A stretch of 62,996 bases of DNA, counting the filler, from Octopus bimaculoides (lineage: Eukaryota): the NCBI RefSeq assembly GCF_001194135.2. It is 9 parts of 7 records of this genome, joined end to end, with 100 filler letters (N's around TTAATTAATTAA, not from the genome) between each part and the next. Parts side by side here need not be neighbours in the genome. Positions count along the whole stretch, not along the records: positions 48,716 to 57,185 come from NC_068985.1; positions 57,286 to 59,213 come from NC_068981.1; positions 59,314 to 60,815 come from NC_068981.1; positions 60,916 to 62,996 come from NW_026430836.1; 5 more parts are not named here. One strand, written 5' to 3'. Position 1 is the stretch's first letter; the number at the start of each line of letters is the position of its first letter. The translations under genes and the position numbers were made by a program. Under the pieces are notes generated by a model. It was given only the letters and a program-made list of their open reading frames with translations. It did no database searches and was not told the DNA's origin. This document shows positions 48,756-61,808 of the stretch, piece after piece.

Positions 48756-49704
48756 CCACACACATACATTTACTTGTTATCTTTCATATTTGGGAGTGCG
48801 TGTGCTCATATGTCTTGAAGTGGAATAAATATGTTTTCTTATGCAAAAATTAATTAAGCCAAAATTGAAGCAACTCAGTTATTTTGATGGATTTATTATC
48901 AAATGCTCTCTTGCATTCTTGACTTCTGTTTTTCTTCAAACAATACAGTAAATACAATATCACAATACGAAGCAGCAAATAATATACGCAGATATATTCT
49001 TCATTGCAAGCTAATTATATCTTCAGAAATTAAACAGATGGATTTACGATTTACTTTGTTTAACATACATACACAATACAAGTTGTTACATTATCAGTCG
49101 ATCAGTGCACGGCATACAGTGAAAGAAGGTCTTACTATAAGTGATTGCTGCCCATTACCGGGGGAATATAAGGTTTGGTGCATTCAGCATATGCTGATAG
49201 CAACGGTTCTGTGGCTTCTACCGGTAAGCTTAAACCCATGTTAGTGGGGGTATTAATAATGTTATGCAACTGCTACCGACACAGTTGATACAATGTAGGC
49301 GAAAATGAAGAAATCTACCAAGAAATGGCTAGGTGTGTCTTCTAGATTGACAGAAAATGGAAGGCCATAGACGCTATACAATATCATGGTAATAAAATTC
49401 GTCTCTTCCCCACTCTCTGTTTCATCATATGTATATATTTATATATATNNNNNNNNNNNNNNNNNNNNNNNNNNNNNNNNNNNNNNNNNNNNNNNNNNNN
49501 NNNNNNNNNNNNNNNNNNNNNNNNNNNNNNNNNNNNNNNNNNNNNNNNNNNNNNNNNNNNNNNNNNNNNNNNNNNNNNNNNNNNNNNNNNNNNNNNNNNN
49601 NNNNNNNNNNNNNNNNNNNNNNNNNNNNNNNNNNNNNNNNNNNNNNNNNNNNNNNNNNNNNNNNNNNNNNNNNNNNNNNNNNNNNNNNNNNNNNNNNNNN
49701 NNNN

Positions 49705-49735
<31 letters not shown>

Positions 49736-50414
49736 CACATACACACACAGAGACATACATTCACACTCCAGCATTTACGGATAAACATATACGTACATAT
49801 GTACACACACACCCACACACTTACATTTGTCTGTTTGCCTATCTACTCTAATCTATTTGTGCATTTAATTTTTTGTGGTCACTGATAATGATAGTGTGTA
49901 TGGAATTATTTGTTCTCATGCATGTACTGCACAGTTTCTTATGGTATGTTGAAAGTAATATTCCATGCATGCTGTGCATGTATAAAGCTGTTGCCATATA
50001 TAGATGCAAATCTAAATTAGTAACAAATGTTTCTATTAATATAATTTGTATATAACTTAGTGTATTCTGCCAACTGTACGACTCATCTAAATTTTAGAGA
50101 TCCACAGAGATTATCCTTATCTATTATAGTGGTTCATCGGCTGCTATACTTCTCAATCTTATTACATATTTGCGGTGCATATGCGGAAGAAATCTGGGGA
50201 AATAGAGAAATAACATTATAAATATTTAATTCCTACGTACATTTCATTATAGCGTTTATTTTGAACTAAGCGTTGGTTATACCGAGTGCATTTTTATCAG
50301 AAAGCAATAAAATATTTCCATGATTATCCATGGTAGTTACTTATCCAAATGATTTCGGAACATTCAATACTGAGAGGCCACCAACGGCAATGGGGAAGCG
50401 TACGTTGTTTCATG

Positions 50415-50610
50415 CCAGCGAGCTGGCTGAATGTTTAGCACGTCGGACAAATTTCTCACCAGCACTTCGTTATGTTCTGAATTCAAATTCTGCCACGGTG
50501 GTCTTTCCATTTCATCGTTTCAGGATCGATGATAGAAATACCATTTGAACTCTGACATCGATGAATTCGTCTGAAGCGCTCCCGCACAGTTGCTGGCTTT
50601 GTATCAAAAT
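50415..50610 (+). mobile_element. SINE family B, degenerate
   Basis: gcgagctggctgaatgtttagcacg...gttctgaattcaaattctgcc. Confidence 0.75.
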
Positions 50611-53600
50611 TTGCAGTGGTGTTTCTTTTTTAATTTCCACTACGTATGATTGGTATAATTTGTGTATAAAAATAGTGGCAGTTGTGTCTCCACGTTATGT
50701 CTCGTATTTCATTGCGTGCATGGATGATTGTGAACGAGAAATAAAACGTAGAATTTTAGAATCATTTCAAAACAAATGCTGGAAACATTCTAAGAAGTAA
50801 CATATCAAATAATATGAAGAATAAAAGCGATTTCACTTAATATACTCAAAATATTTTACTACAAACCAAAAACAAAATGGTTTGATAAAATGGATAATAT
50901 CTTATTTGTATAACATGATAACATAGGAACTCATTCTCTCATACTTAGTAGGGAGGCGTTTACCTCTATGTATTCCTGAAGTGAAGCATTTATCGATAAG
51001 TATTTATGAAGCTTATGTATGTTATATTGTTATATCTGATATCGTTTCTATTCATTACGATGGAAATCTGATAGACGTCTCTGCTTCTGTGTATATGAAT
51101 ATAATATTTTGTAACTTTGACATCTATTGTCAACTGAAGTCCAAATGTTAACACACCCCTGTGTTTTTGAACGAGACATCACAGGTAGAAATATATTTAA
51201 CCTGTAACTGTAAACTTAGCGAAAACTGCATTGGAAATAATTGAAAAGACGAAACATACGTCTGATGATTTATCAAATACACACACATCTGTTTAATGTT
51301 ATTACAATAAAGCTTTCATCTTGAAGCCTAATGTATATTAATATTGCAAAATCAAATAACATTGCTTCTACCTCTAAAACAGGCGTATATGTAGCCAAAT
51401 AGAACGTATCTGAATCAAAGAGATTTCAGCCTCCATCTAAATCAGGCTTTTAATTGTTCCGACTATGTAAAATAAAAGCGACTATTTGGAGATGAACATT
51501 CAAACGTTTGCAGCAACGCGGTTTCCCATATGAAAAGCGGAAATACGATGATTCTGAAAAGGACAATAAAATAATTCCTGCAAAGATATAAAGAAAATAA
51601 GTGAAACATTGGATTTCGTAGTAACTGATCTAAGTTGGAAGCCATTTCACAGCATGTTCTAATTTCCAAAGAAACATTTAAAAATCTGTGTTGTTTCAGC
51701 GTAACAAAATAAGTGCACTTTGTTAGGATTTTTTCTCTCTCTCTGCCTCCTCCCTGTCCCACTTGACTCTCTTTCCGCTCCCTCTCTTAATATACACATG
51801 TATCGAACCCTTAATCTAAAGATCGTAAGTGCGATATCCTAACTACAAGCTAACAAGGTTTCACATATGTAGTAGATAGTGATTTGTAAATCTAGCGATG
51901 AACACTGGCTTCTAGTCTCTAAGTTGTGACTTTGTTCTACTGTTCCGAATCTACATTAATAAATCACTCTCTCGTGCAGCACTCGTTATAGTCAATTAAT
52001 TGAACCAAATAACTCGATGCATTATGAATCGGGTCAGATTACTCATGACAGAACAGGCTGCTCTCCTTTATTCATACGAGGAACTGTGGCGATAGAACGG
52101 AATCGTGGGTGCTGAATACTTTCCGCTGCGTTAGTCACTATAAAAGAAGAGTCCTAGGGTCTGAAACTGTATTTTTGTTTGCCTCCCTGACTTTATTACC
52201 AACACAAAAATATGTTGGATATTTTTAAAACCATCTGAATATGTATTTTAATAAACATACTTTTTAAACACTTTATTGAGTGTGAAATGAATAAACAACC
52301 ATAAGGTAGAAACGGTGTTACATACAAATAATAAAATACAATATAAGAATATATATAAACAAGAGCAATAGATTCGGTACATGTAATTTTTCTAGAGAAG
52401 GCATGAATCGATTAGGAAACGTGTTAATTTTCAAAATATTATAAGTTACACAGTTTGAGTTCCACGTCTCAGGTCTTTTACATGGTTTCCAATTATGGTT
52501 GAAGCTATAAACAAAATTAAAATCAGGTCGCATAATTATAGCAAAAACGTGATTTTCATTGAAATGGTCAAGACGACAAACCCTAGAGAGTAGAATCAAA
52601 TATTTTCTCCTGTTCCTACACGATTTCTCACTATTTAAGTTCACTCTTAATGATTTTGTAAATGATTGGAGATTATAATATAACTGTATTGAACAAGGTA
52701 TAAACGGTTCGAACCCCGTATATTTCGGTTGCGAATGGAATTTCTGAACTCAAATTCGATATCTGCGTGTATAATTGGATTTTAGTCGGCCAAAAGGACA
52801 AATATGTGTCAGCCTATCCCAATTTCAAGGACAACGAGGTGCGATTGATGAGAACAAGTCCATGTGCTAATCTTGCAAGCTTACTCCATTTACTTGTAAG
52901 TGGACGCTCATGTGTAAATCGTTGATTTGGCAAGTACATCCTCCAGATAGTTCATATAAAAACCCACCATATGCATTAAGTAAGAACTGCAAGATGAAAT
53001 TGTCGGAGCGCTATGAAATTTACAAAATAAATCTTATATGGGTGAGGTGGTTATTTTGGTGATTTCAGTGCATCAGTACTACACGAAAGTCATCATGAGT
53101 TTGTAGGACCATCGGCAAAGTTTTCAACATGAAGTTTAAAAAAGATCTGTAACCATTTGGGTATTCCTAATAAAGGAATATATCCAAGCATAAGAATCTC
53201 TTTCGAGAAATATAACTCTCGCTATATATAGAATGCATTTATATATTCAGATATATTACATATTATTTAGGAAATTCTCAAATGTAAGTTCATGTCAGTA
53301 ATGAAAATAATACGTACNNNNNNNNNNNNNNNNNNNNNNNNNNNNNNNNNNNNNNNNNNNNNNNNNNNNNNNNNNNNNNNNNNNNNNNNNNNNNNNNNNN
53401 NNNNNNNNNNNNNNNNNNNNNNNNNNNNNNNNNNNNNNNNNNNNNNNNNNNNNNNNNNNNNNNNNNNNNNNNNNNNNNNNNNNNNNNNNNNNNNNNNNNN
53501 NNNNNNNNNNNNNNNNNNNNNNNNNNNNNNNNNNNNNNNNNNNNNNNNNNNNNNNNNNNNNNNNNNNNNNNNNNNNNNNNNNNNNNNNNNNNNNNNNNNN

Positions 53601-54085
53601 NNNNNNNNNNNNNNNNNNNNNNNNNNNNNNNNNNNNNNNNNNNNNNNNNNNNNNNNNNNNNNNNNNNNNNNNNNNNNNNNNNNNNNNNNNNNNNNNNNNN
53701 NNNNNNNNNNNNNNNNNNNNNNNNNNNNNNNNNNNNNNNNNNNNNNNNNNNNNNNNNNNNNNNNNNNNNNNNNNNNNNNNNNNNNNNNNNNNNNNNNNNN
53801 NNNNNNNNNNNNNNNNNNNNNNNNNNNNNNNNNNNNNNNNNNNNNNNNNNNNNNNNNNNNNNNNNNNNNNNNNNNNNNNNNNNNNNNNNNNNNNNNNNNN
53901 NTGCATCAGCAATGGCAACCGTGCCGACGCCGAAAAAAATTATCGAAATATAAAATACATGAAAATATTTTTCTTTTATTGTTCATTATTTCATTAAACT
54001 ATTCTTAATTTAACCACATCAACAACTGAAATTAGATCTGCAACAACTGCTGTTGTTACTGATGTCACTGCTGCTGCTGCTGCTG

Positions 54086-54142
<57 letters not shown>

Positions 54143-54359
54143 NNNNNNNNNNTACTACTACTACTACTACTACTACTAAGGCGGTGAATGTCAAGAAGCG
54201 CGACGAGTGTATATCTTGCTATGAATTTAGAAGAGGTAAGTATATACAGCTTCATATTCATTGGTCGAAAACCATCCGGGTTGTGTGTAATGACATTTAA
54301 CTTCTCCCCGTTGCTACGGACCCCTACCCTCTCAGGAAGTTTTCGTTACTGGTCCACCT

Positions 54360-54830
54360 CTCTCTTTCACTATTTTGTTGACGGAAACATTTGCTCTTCA
54401 TCTTCCTGAGTAATATCAAGTTGTCTACCAACAATGACCAGCTCTTCATCTGTAAATGTGTGTGTCTGGTTCCACGTGCACCTTTAGGGAACTCCCGATA
54501 AGTGTTTTCTTAACATCCGTGTCTCTGCTTTTAACGTGATACACATATATCATTCTTGCGCCAACTTTTTTTCCCTTTAATAGATTCTCCGTTGAAATGA
54601 GGACTTCACTGAATCACAACCTTGTTGTGCCTCACCTTCTTACATTGTTCTTGTGAAATCTTGGCGCGTTCCTCCACAATGTGTGCCACGGTCTCGTACC
54701 GAGACCCACAGTTTCTGAATTTTTCTGACACATGCATTTTTATCCCGATACAAGTTTGCTTTTATCATTTCCTCAACTAATCCTTGACGACAGTTTCTTT
54801 TTTACGTGCCGGTATCCCAGCTGTTATGCA
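54360..54830 (-). pseudogene. Older RLE-class LINE fragment (zinc knuckle to endonuclease)
   Basis: Minus-strand RNCGSRYETVAHIVEERAKISQEQCKKVRHNKVV resembles CxxC...ETxxHIxxxC...RHNxV; a later frame gives W...TDEEL...RQLDIT. Confidence 0.55.
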
Positions 54831-55718
54831 TGAACACTTCCAGATGGGTCCTCACCATGGGCACATTGTAATGACTGAGACAAGTGTAAGATAAACATCA
54901 TAAAAGAGAGTCGCACACTTGTTTATAATCATCGTGTCATATAGACAAGATGCAATAAAGGGAACACAAATGCTATATATTTGTGTTCGTAGAGCATTGC
55001 AACTACACAAATATAAATATATATGTAGCTGTGTGTAAGCAGACGAGCATGTATGCAATCATAGGACCGAACCCACGTATTCCCACTTGCTTAGATATAT
55101 GGAAACATAAATGCATTATACATACATATTTAAATAAAACTTTCAATTGAATTATAACTTCCATTGAAGGAGAATGATTTGCGGATTGGCTAGTAGCATT
55201 TTCTATAAAGAATAATGTTAAGAATAATGTTTAAATGAAGTCTCAAAGTAGTACACAATTATTAATATAGAATGTCACATATATTTCCTGAAATACAACT
55301 GGAACTTATGTTAGTAACAAATCGTAAATTACAGTTCTAAAAGAGACCGACTTAAATGACTTTAAACTTATTCCAATTCCCATGATATCAGCAAAATTTC
55401 CAGGAAATTTCAGAGAAATAGATTAAATGAGTTAGAGATTTACAATATTCTGGAGACATATAAAAAGAGTCAGGCGCGTTGCTGTAATCAGACACTTGAA
55501 GTTACTAAGTGAACAAATGAAAGAAAGTTTGACGAAGATACATTTATATGCTTCAGAGTACAAAATACAACGCAGTTAGGAATAAATTATACTTTAGTTA
55601 AACATATTCAGATTCTCCTTTGTGATGTTACTGGAATATTATTATTATTAATAATAATAATAATAATAACAGCAACAACAACAACAACAACAACAATAAC
55701 AACAACAACAACAACAAC

Positions 55719-55775
<57 letters not shown>

Positions 55776-56272
55776 CANNNNNNNNNNNNNNNNNNNNNNN
55801 NNNNNNNNNNNNNNNNNNNNNNNNNNNNNNNNNNNNNNNNNNNNNNNNNNNNNNNNNNNNNNNNNNNNNNNNNNNNNNNNNNNNNNNNNNNNNNNNNNNN
55901 NNNNNNNNNNNNNNNNNNNNNNNNNNNNNNNNNNNNNNNNNNNNNNNNNNNNNNNNNNNNNNNNNNNNNNNNNNNNNNNNNNNNNNNNNNNNNNNNNNNN
56001 NNNNNNNNNNNNNNNNNNNNNNNNNNNNNNNNNNNNNNNNNNNNNNNNNNNNNNNNNNNNNNNNNNNNNNNNNNNNNNNNNNNNNNNNNNNNNNNNNNNN
56101 NNNNNNNNNNNNNNNNNNNNNNNNNNNNNNNNNNNNNNNNNNNNNNNNNNNNNNNNNNNNNNNNNNNNNNNNNNNNNNNNNNNNNNNNNNNNNNNNNNNN
56201 NNNNNNNNNNNNNNNNNNNNNNNNNNNNNNNNNNNNNNNNNNNNNNNNNNNNNNNNNNNNNNNNNNNNNNNN

Positions 56273-56530
56273 TAGTAGGTGCCTTAGGTATAATAAAAAA
56301 ATATTCAGACAAATACATAACAAACATACCAGGACTTACAAATATATATAACATACAGAAAATTGCACTACTGGGTACTGCACACATTCTACGCAAAACA
56401 CTTTCAATACAGTAAACATAAGAGCACCACAGCAAACCACAGCACATACCCAAGGCGCACAGACCTGCGCTCGGTAGTGAAGTGAAAGCACGTTATAAAA
56501 ATAAAACTACTGAACAATAATAATAAAAAT
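56273..56530 (+). mobile_element. R4/Dong-type LINE 3' end with 3' UTR
   Basis: VGALGIIKKYSDKYITNIPGLTNIYNIQKIALLGTAHILRKTLSIQ* (stop 56413-56415), nearly identical to the 39470 copy over the overlap. Ends in aataataataa; (AAT/AAC)n precedes the gap at 55645-55776. Confidence 0.9.
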
Positions 56531-57789
56531 AAATGTCAACACTACATGTATAAATACAAGATTATTTCCCCTTTGCAGCTCCTTTATACATAAAATAATT
56601 TTCTCCCATTTTTTAGCTGGTTTTAAATCATTTAATTGACTACCCATTCTAAATTCTAATTTTCTTTTTTTCCTTATTTCTTTCTCTCCTTGTCCAACGT
56701 ACTGTCTCGTAGCGTTGCATTTTCCAACGGTCTTTTCAAATTAGATATGTTGCAATCTTCTCTACCCAAAGTTGTCACATTCGGTTAAAATTTCTTACAG
56801 TTAAGTTGGCTCTTATGAATTTCCCTGAAGAGAAGATGACATCTTTTTCAACATCACTCATTGGCAGGAACCATTTGTAATCTTCGAAACATATGTCGGA
56901 TATAAAAAAAAAATCATATAACATATGCGTATTACTCCATTTATAAAATTTTATATTTACTCCAAATACCCCAAATTAACACGGAGTTTTTACCTCGTAA
57001 AGAGGAGTTACACCACAGTTATCTTGTGATCTTTCCTACCCTGGTAACTATTAACCAATTTGTTTTGTCGGAGTTAATTGTTAACTAAGAGAAAATAAAA
57101 ATACATATAATCAAATATATATATATATATGTGTCTGTGTGTGTGTGTATGTGTGTGTGTGTGCGTGTGTGTGGGTGTGTGTGTGNNNNNNNNNNNNNNN
57201 NNNNNNNNNNNNNNNNNNNNNNNNNNNNNTTAATTAATTAANNNNNNNNNNNNNNNNNNNNNNNNNNNNNNNNNNNNNNNNNNNNATATATACCTACATG
57301 TATATGTGCATATGCATATATGTGTATATATGTGTGTGTAAATAGTGAGTGAGAAGGAGGAACAGATAGTACTTAAATAAGCTGTTACTGAAGAAACCAA
57401 GAACACCAGTCTGTCTACCCAATATGCATAATAAATTAGGCCTTATAAAAGTATCGAGGCCTTTTATTAGCAAATGTTTATTTTGATAACAATATAATTT
57501 ACCAATTAACAATAACATTAATATACACTTTGTTTTTAAATTCTTTTATGTTTGGGAAATTATCTTTCTTCCTGAAAGTACGTGGTTGCGTGTTTGATCG
57601 TATTGCGATTACACAGCTTCTCTGTGTATTAGGTGATAACTACTCATGATTATATGCGGTGGCTAAGCGCTTTGCCGTGTTGCGTCTTTGTGAGGTGCTA
57701 TCCCGCCATCTATCTGTCTTTGTGGGTACATGGGGCATAAGATCATTAACAATTGTACAGTGAACAACGGCAACGATAAAAACAGCAGC

Positions 57790-59090
57790 AGCAACAACAG
57801 CATGAATAGAAAGTGCAAGGAAGAAGTACTCAGGATCGGTTGCTGGAACTCAGGTTCGATGACAGCTGGCTTGTCAAACAGCCTTCAGACTAGCACCCGT
57901 ATTTAGAAGCAATGCTCTCTCTCGTTATTGAGAAATATGCTGCTCTCCAATAGACATATTTGCCGGATACTAGAATCTTCAGAGAAGCAGACTACCCATT
58001 TCTTTGGCAAGTAGAAAGGGAAGATGAAGCTCGTGAACACAGTGTCCTGTTTGTTGTCAGAAATACATGTTTCCACACCGGTACCGCAGTTCAGAACTCG
58101 TGCTTTCTGAGCGCCTGGATTTGTCCGGTATATCTCTCAGTTTTCTTTTACATGTAAACCATTACACTCACGGCTGTTGAGAACATTAATGTAAAACTTC
58201 TGCAGCAACTGAACATATTCATCAAACACTTACCAGAAAGAATACCCATATGTAATAAAATTAGGTAAATTTGAAACCAAATTCGATTGCAATAATGAAG
58301 CTTGGACCATTTGTTTAATTCACAACAGTTTTAGCAATGTTTTGGTGGTGTCTCAGCGCCTCTAAAAATTCCCTGTTCCTATCACGGCTTATCTGCTACT
58401 GGTATCTACTTTGGTACAAGACCCACTATGGAGTAATTCTTTAGACAGCTTACAGTGGCATCAGTTAGATCTTGTTATTGTCAAGTGACCTCACTTCAAG
58501 AACTTTTGTGATTAGAGCATACTAAAGTGCAGTTTTGGAGAGAGAATATTTGCTTATCTGTAATAAGATCAAACCTCAACCATAGAGGTTTCACAAAGCA
58601 TACATAAAACAAGTTTGCAAATCCATAAAAAAAAGGTGCTAACTTTGACATATTACTCTCATCTACTCTTTGAAGAAACGTCAAAGCTTCAAATGCAACA
58701 CATATTAAAGACAAGCTCAAAACAGTCATTCATACAACTGTCCCAAAACATTAGAGAGGACATTAACAATTGATATTCATCCAGTTCAGATTTTTCCTCA
58801 TTTCAGTCAATTCTAATGTTCTTGAAGCCCACAAAGCCATGCCTTCTACGGGGAACTCCAGACACTAAAGACAAACAGAAGTAACAAAGTTCTTGAAATG
58901 CTCGTTGTGTATAAAAATAGTTACTGGCTTAGCCTCAGTAAATCGATCCAACAAGCCTCAGATGAAAGCAACGTCAAGGAGAATCACCGAAACTTAAAGG
59001 GACCTGTCAATACAAACACCAAGATAAGTACAACGTCTGAATTTGGAACAATAAACGCAGACATATCTGAAGTGATATATGATATATGTG
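57790..59090 (+). pseudogene. RTE-clade LINE 5' part: apurinic-type endonuclease, decayed
   Basis: LRIGCWNSGSMTAGLS, ADYPFLWQ...AREHSVLFVVRN and WHQLDLVI in shifting frames. Confidence 0.8.
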
Positions 59091-59177
59091 GAACATTCCT
59101 TTGAACTTTATTCGTGTTAGAACATTTCTAAAGTTAGTTCATTAAGAGAATAAACATACAAACACACATACATACAT

Positions 59178-59211
<34 letters not shown>

Positions 59212-59313
59212 ATNNNNNNNNNNNNNNNNNNNNNNNNNNNNNNNNNNNNNNNNNNNNTTAATTAATTAANNNNNNNNNNNNNNNNNNNNNNNNNNNNNNN
59301 NNNNNNNNNNNNN

Positions 59314-59355
<42 letters not shown>

Positions 59356-59429
59356 CGTGTGTGTGTGTGCTGCGTGTTTGTGTGTGTGTGCGTGTATGTG
59401 TGTATGTGTGTGTGTGTGCGTGTGTGTGT

Positions 59430-60510
59430 ATTTCCTAGAGGAACCTGATTTGTTTATAGACATGCAACCTGGTTTCTGCCAACACAGATACCATAGCACT
59501 CCGACTGGATACTAAAAGAACAGCTCAACCATTCAAATGAAGATGTGATATATCTTGACTTTGCCAGGACTTTTGAGAAAGGCGATTATGGGATATGTCA
59601 CAAATTGCGTGATTTCGGTATTGCAGATAGACTGGGAAGGCCGCTGCATGATTTCCTGTAGTGTAGAATTCATGCTGTGACAACAAATGCTTTTCTCACT
59701 GAAGTGACACCAATACTCCGTGGAGTCCCACCGGGTAACAGAGCTGGGACCACTAATTTTAGTGGTTGATCTTTCCGACATGCCTTCAGCCACAGAGTCA
59801 GTCACACTAACTAGCTACGCCGAAGATACAAAAGCATCGGAATCAGTCAAGGATGCCAGTGGCATCCTATGAGGGCAGAATGACCTGAACGCAATATATA
59901 AATGGACTTATGAGAATAATAGGCAGTTCAATGAAGCCAAATTTCAAGCACCCCGCTATCAGCTCACAAACAAACAACGGCTGAAGTACACGGGGCCAGC
60001 AGGCAATGTAATCCTAGAAGTACAGTCGCTGCTTCACCTGGGAATCCAGATGAGCAACGGCGTAACTTTCTGTGTTTACTTTGTTCAGATGGCTACATTA
60101 TGCAGGCGGGTGGCAGGTAGGCTACTTAGATACTACAGGACCAGGAACAGAGAGGCAAACCTGCATTGGAGAAAATGTATTCTCAGTCTTCTGGACTACA
60201 GCTCCAAACTGTTGTCCCAACAGTGTGTTGAGCTAATTGCGGAGCTAGGAGCGATCCAACGACACTACACAAAGTCAACAGACGTGGTAAAACACACGGG
60301 CTACAGGGAGCGGTTGAGACAACTGGGGCTCTACCCTGCGGAAAGCAGATGCGAGAGATATGCGGTGCTATACAAATGGTAAAAAATAAAGGGTGTAGCT
60401 CCAAATTTCCGAATTAAAACTAACACAAACTTCGAACTGGACGGCCCTGCGCAGTACCAAAAATCCCCTTTTCTCCATCAACGATATGAACCCGATATTG
60501 TAATAGCTTG
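59430..60510 (+). pseudogene. CR1-group LINE reverse transcriptase fragment
   Basis: MQPGF, DVIYLDFARTFEK, degenerate GVPQG/LGPLIL, SYAEDTK (YADD as YAED), QNDLNAIYKW, then LDYSS...IQRHYTK...ERLRQLGL; stops and frameshifts. Confidence 0.9.
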
Positions 60511-60751
60511 GGATGCATACATACATACGTACGTAAATGCATACATACATACATACATACATACATATGTATATATAAATATATACATACATATATACTT
60601 ATACATATATATGCATAAACATATATATACATATATATATACACACACGTATATATATGCAGATATTTACACACTTACATATACACATACACACACACAT
60701 ATATATATACATTTATATTTATAGATATAACAATGTGTATATATATAGAAA

Positions 60752-60789
<38 letters not shown>

Positions 60790-61334
60790 CACACACACAC
60801 ACACATATATATATANNNNNNNNNNNNNNNNNNNNNNNNNNNNNNNNNNNNNNNNNNNNTTAATTAATTAANNNNNNNNNNNNNNNNNNNNNNNNNNNNN
60901 NNNNNNNNNNNNNNNCAAATGTTCAGTGTCCTTTCCTGCATACACACACACCAACATAAACTCATATATTTTCACACCCAACAACAACAACGATGTGACG
61001 TCGCTAAGAAACTAATTATCACTTTCTAGACAGTTTGACGCCAATATCCTGTCCTAGCACATGATCCTAGGAATTCAGATTGGAATACAGAATTGACACA
61101 ATAATACCTGGTGACCAGCCTTGACAACTAGCAGTCGAGTATTTAAAAGTCATCGTGAACTCTCCTCATTCGGTTTCTAAAAACCTGACAAAGCAGCCTA
61201 CGAAGCTTTAAGTAGTTCGAATTAAACTTATATATGTATCTCTTACCAAATTAGTTGAGTGTCGCATTACTTCGTTTGTCCAATCACTCGTATATCACTC
61301 GTGCGGACGCGCGCGTGCGTGTCTGTGTGTGTGT

Positions 61335-61530
61335 ATTCTTTTACTCTTTTATTCTCTTACTTGTTTCAGTCATTTCACTGCGGCCATGCAGGAGCACCAC
61401 CTTTAGTCGAACAAATCGACCCCCAAGACTTATTATTTGTAAGCCTAGTGCTTATACTATCGTATTTTTTGCCGAACCGCTAAGTTACGGGGACGTAAAC
61501 ACACCAACATCTGTTGTCAAGCGATGGTGA
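61335..61530 (-). mobile_element. SINE family A 3' portion, CpGs retained
   Basis: Same 3' end as the 38705 copy. Confidence 0.85.
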
Positions 61531-61554
61531 CAGACCCACAAAATGTATACACAC

Positions 61555-61585
<31 letters not shown>

Positions 61586-61706
61586 TACACACACACAATA
61601 ATAGGATAAACTCTTATATAAGAATTTATCAAGTAGTTATCGTGAAAAAAATTCATAGGGAAGACTATCGTTTTTTCCTAAATCATATTAATCTATTTAT
61701 ATATAT

Positions 61707-61808
61707 GAGGGCATAATTATACAAGAATGCCTCACGTTAACTACAGTAATAAATACATGTGTTTATTACGGTAGTTAACGTGAGGCATTCTTGTATAGTT
61801 ATGCCCTT
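61707..61808. mobile_element. 102-bp palindromic mini-MITE (mariner-like ends) in (TA)n
   Basis: Arms of 50 bp with 4 mismatches, centred on ACATGT; ends TATGAGGG / CCCTTATA. Confidence 0.75.

Noticed and set aside
61180-61210. CTGACAA...CGAAGC, a possible hammerhead relic
   Set aside because: Both cores are mutated and there are no convincing stems.
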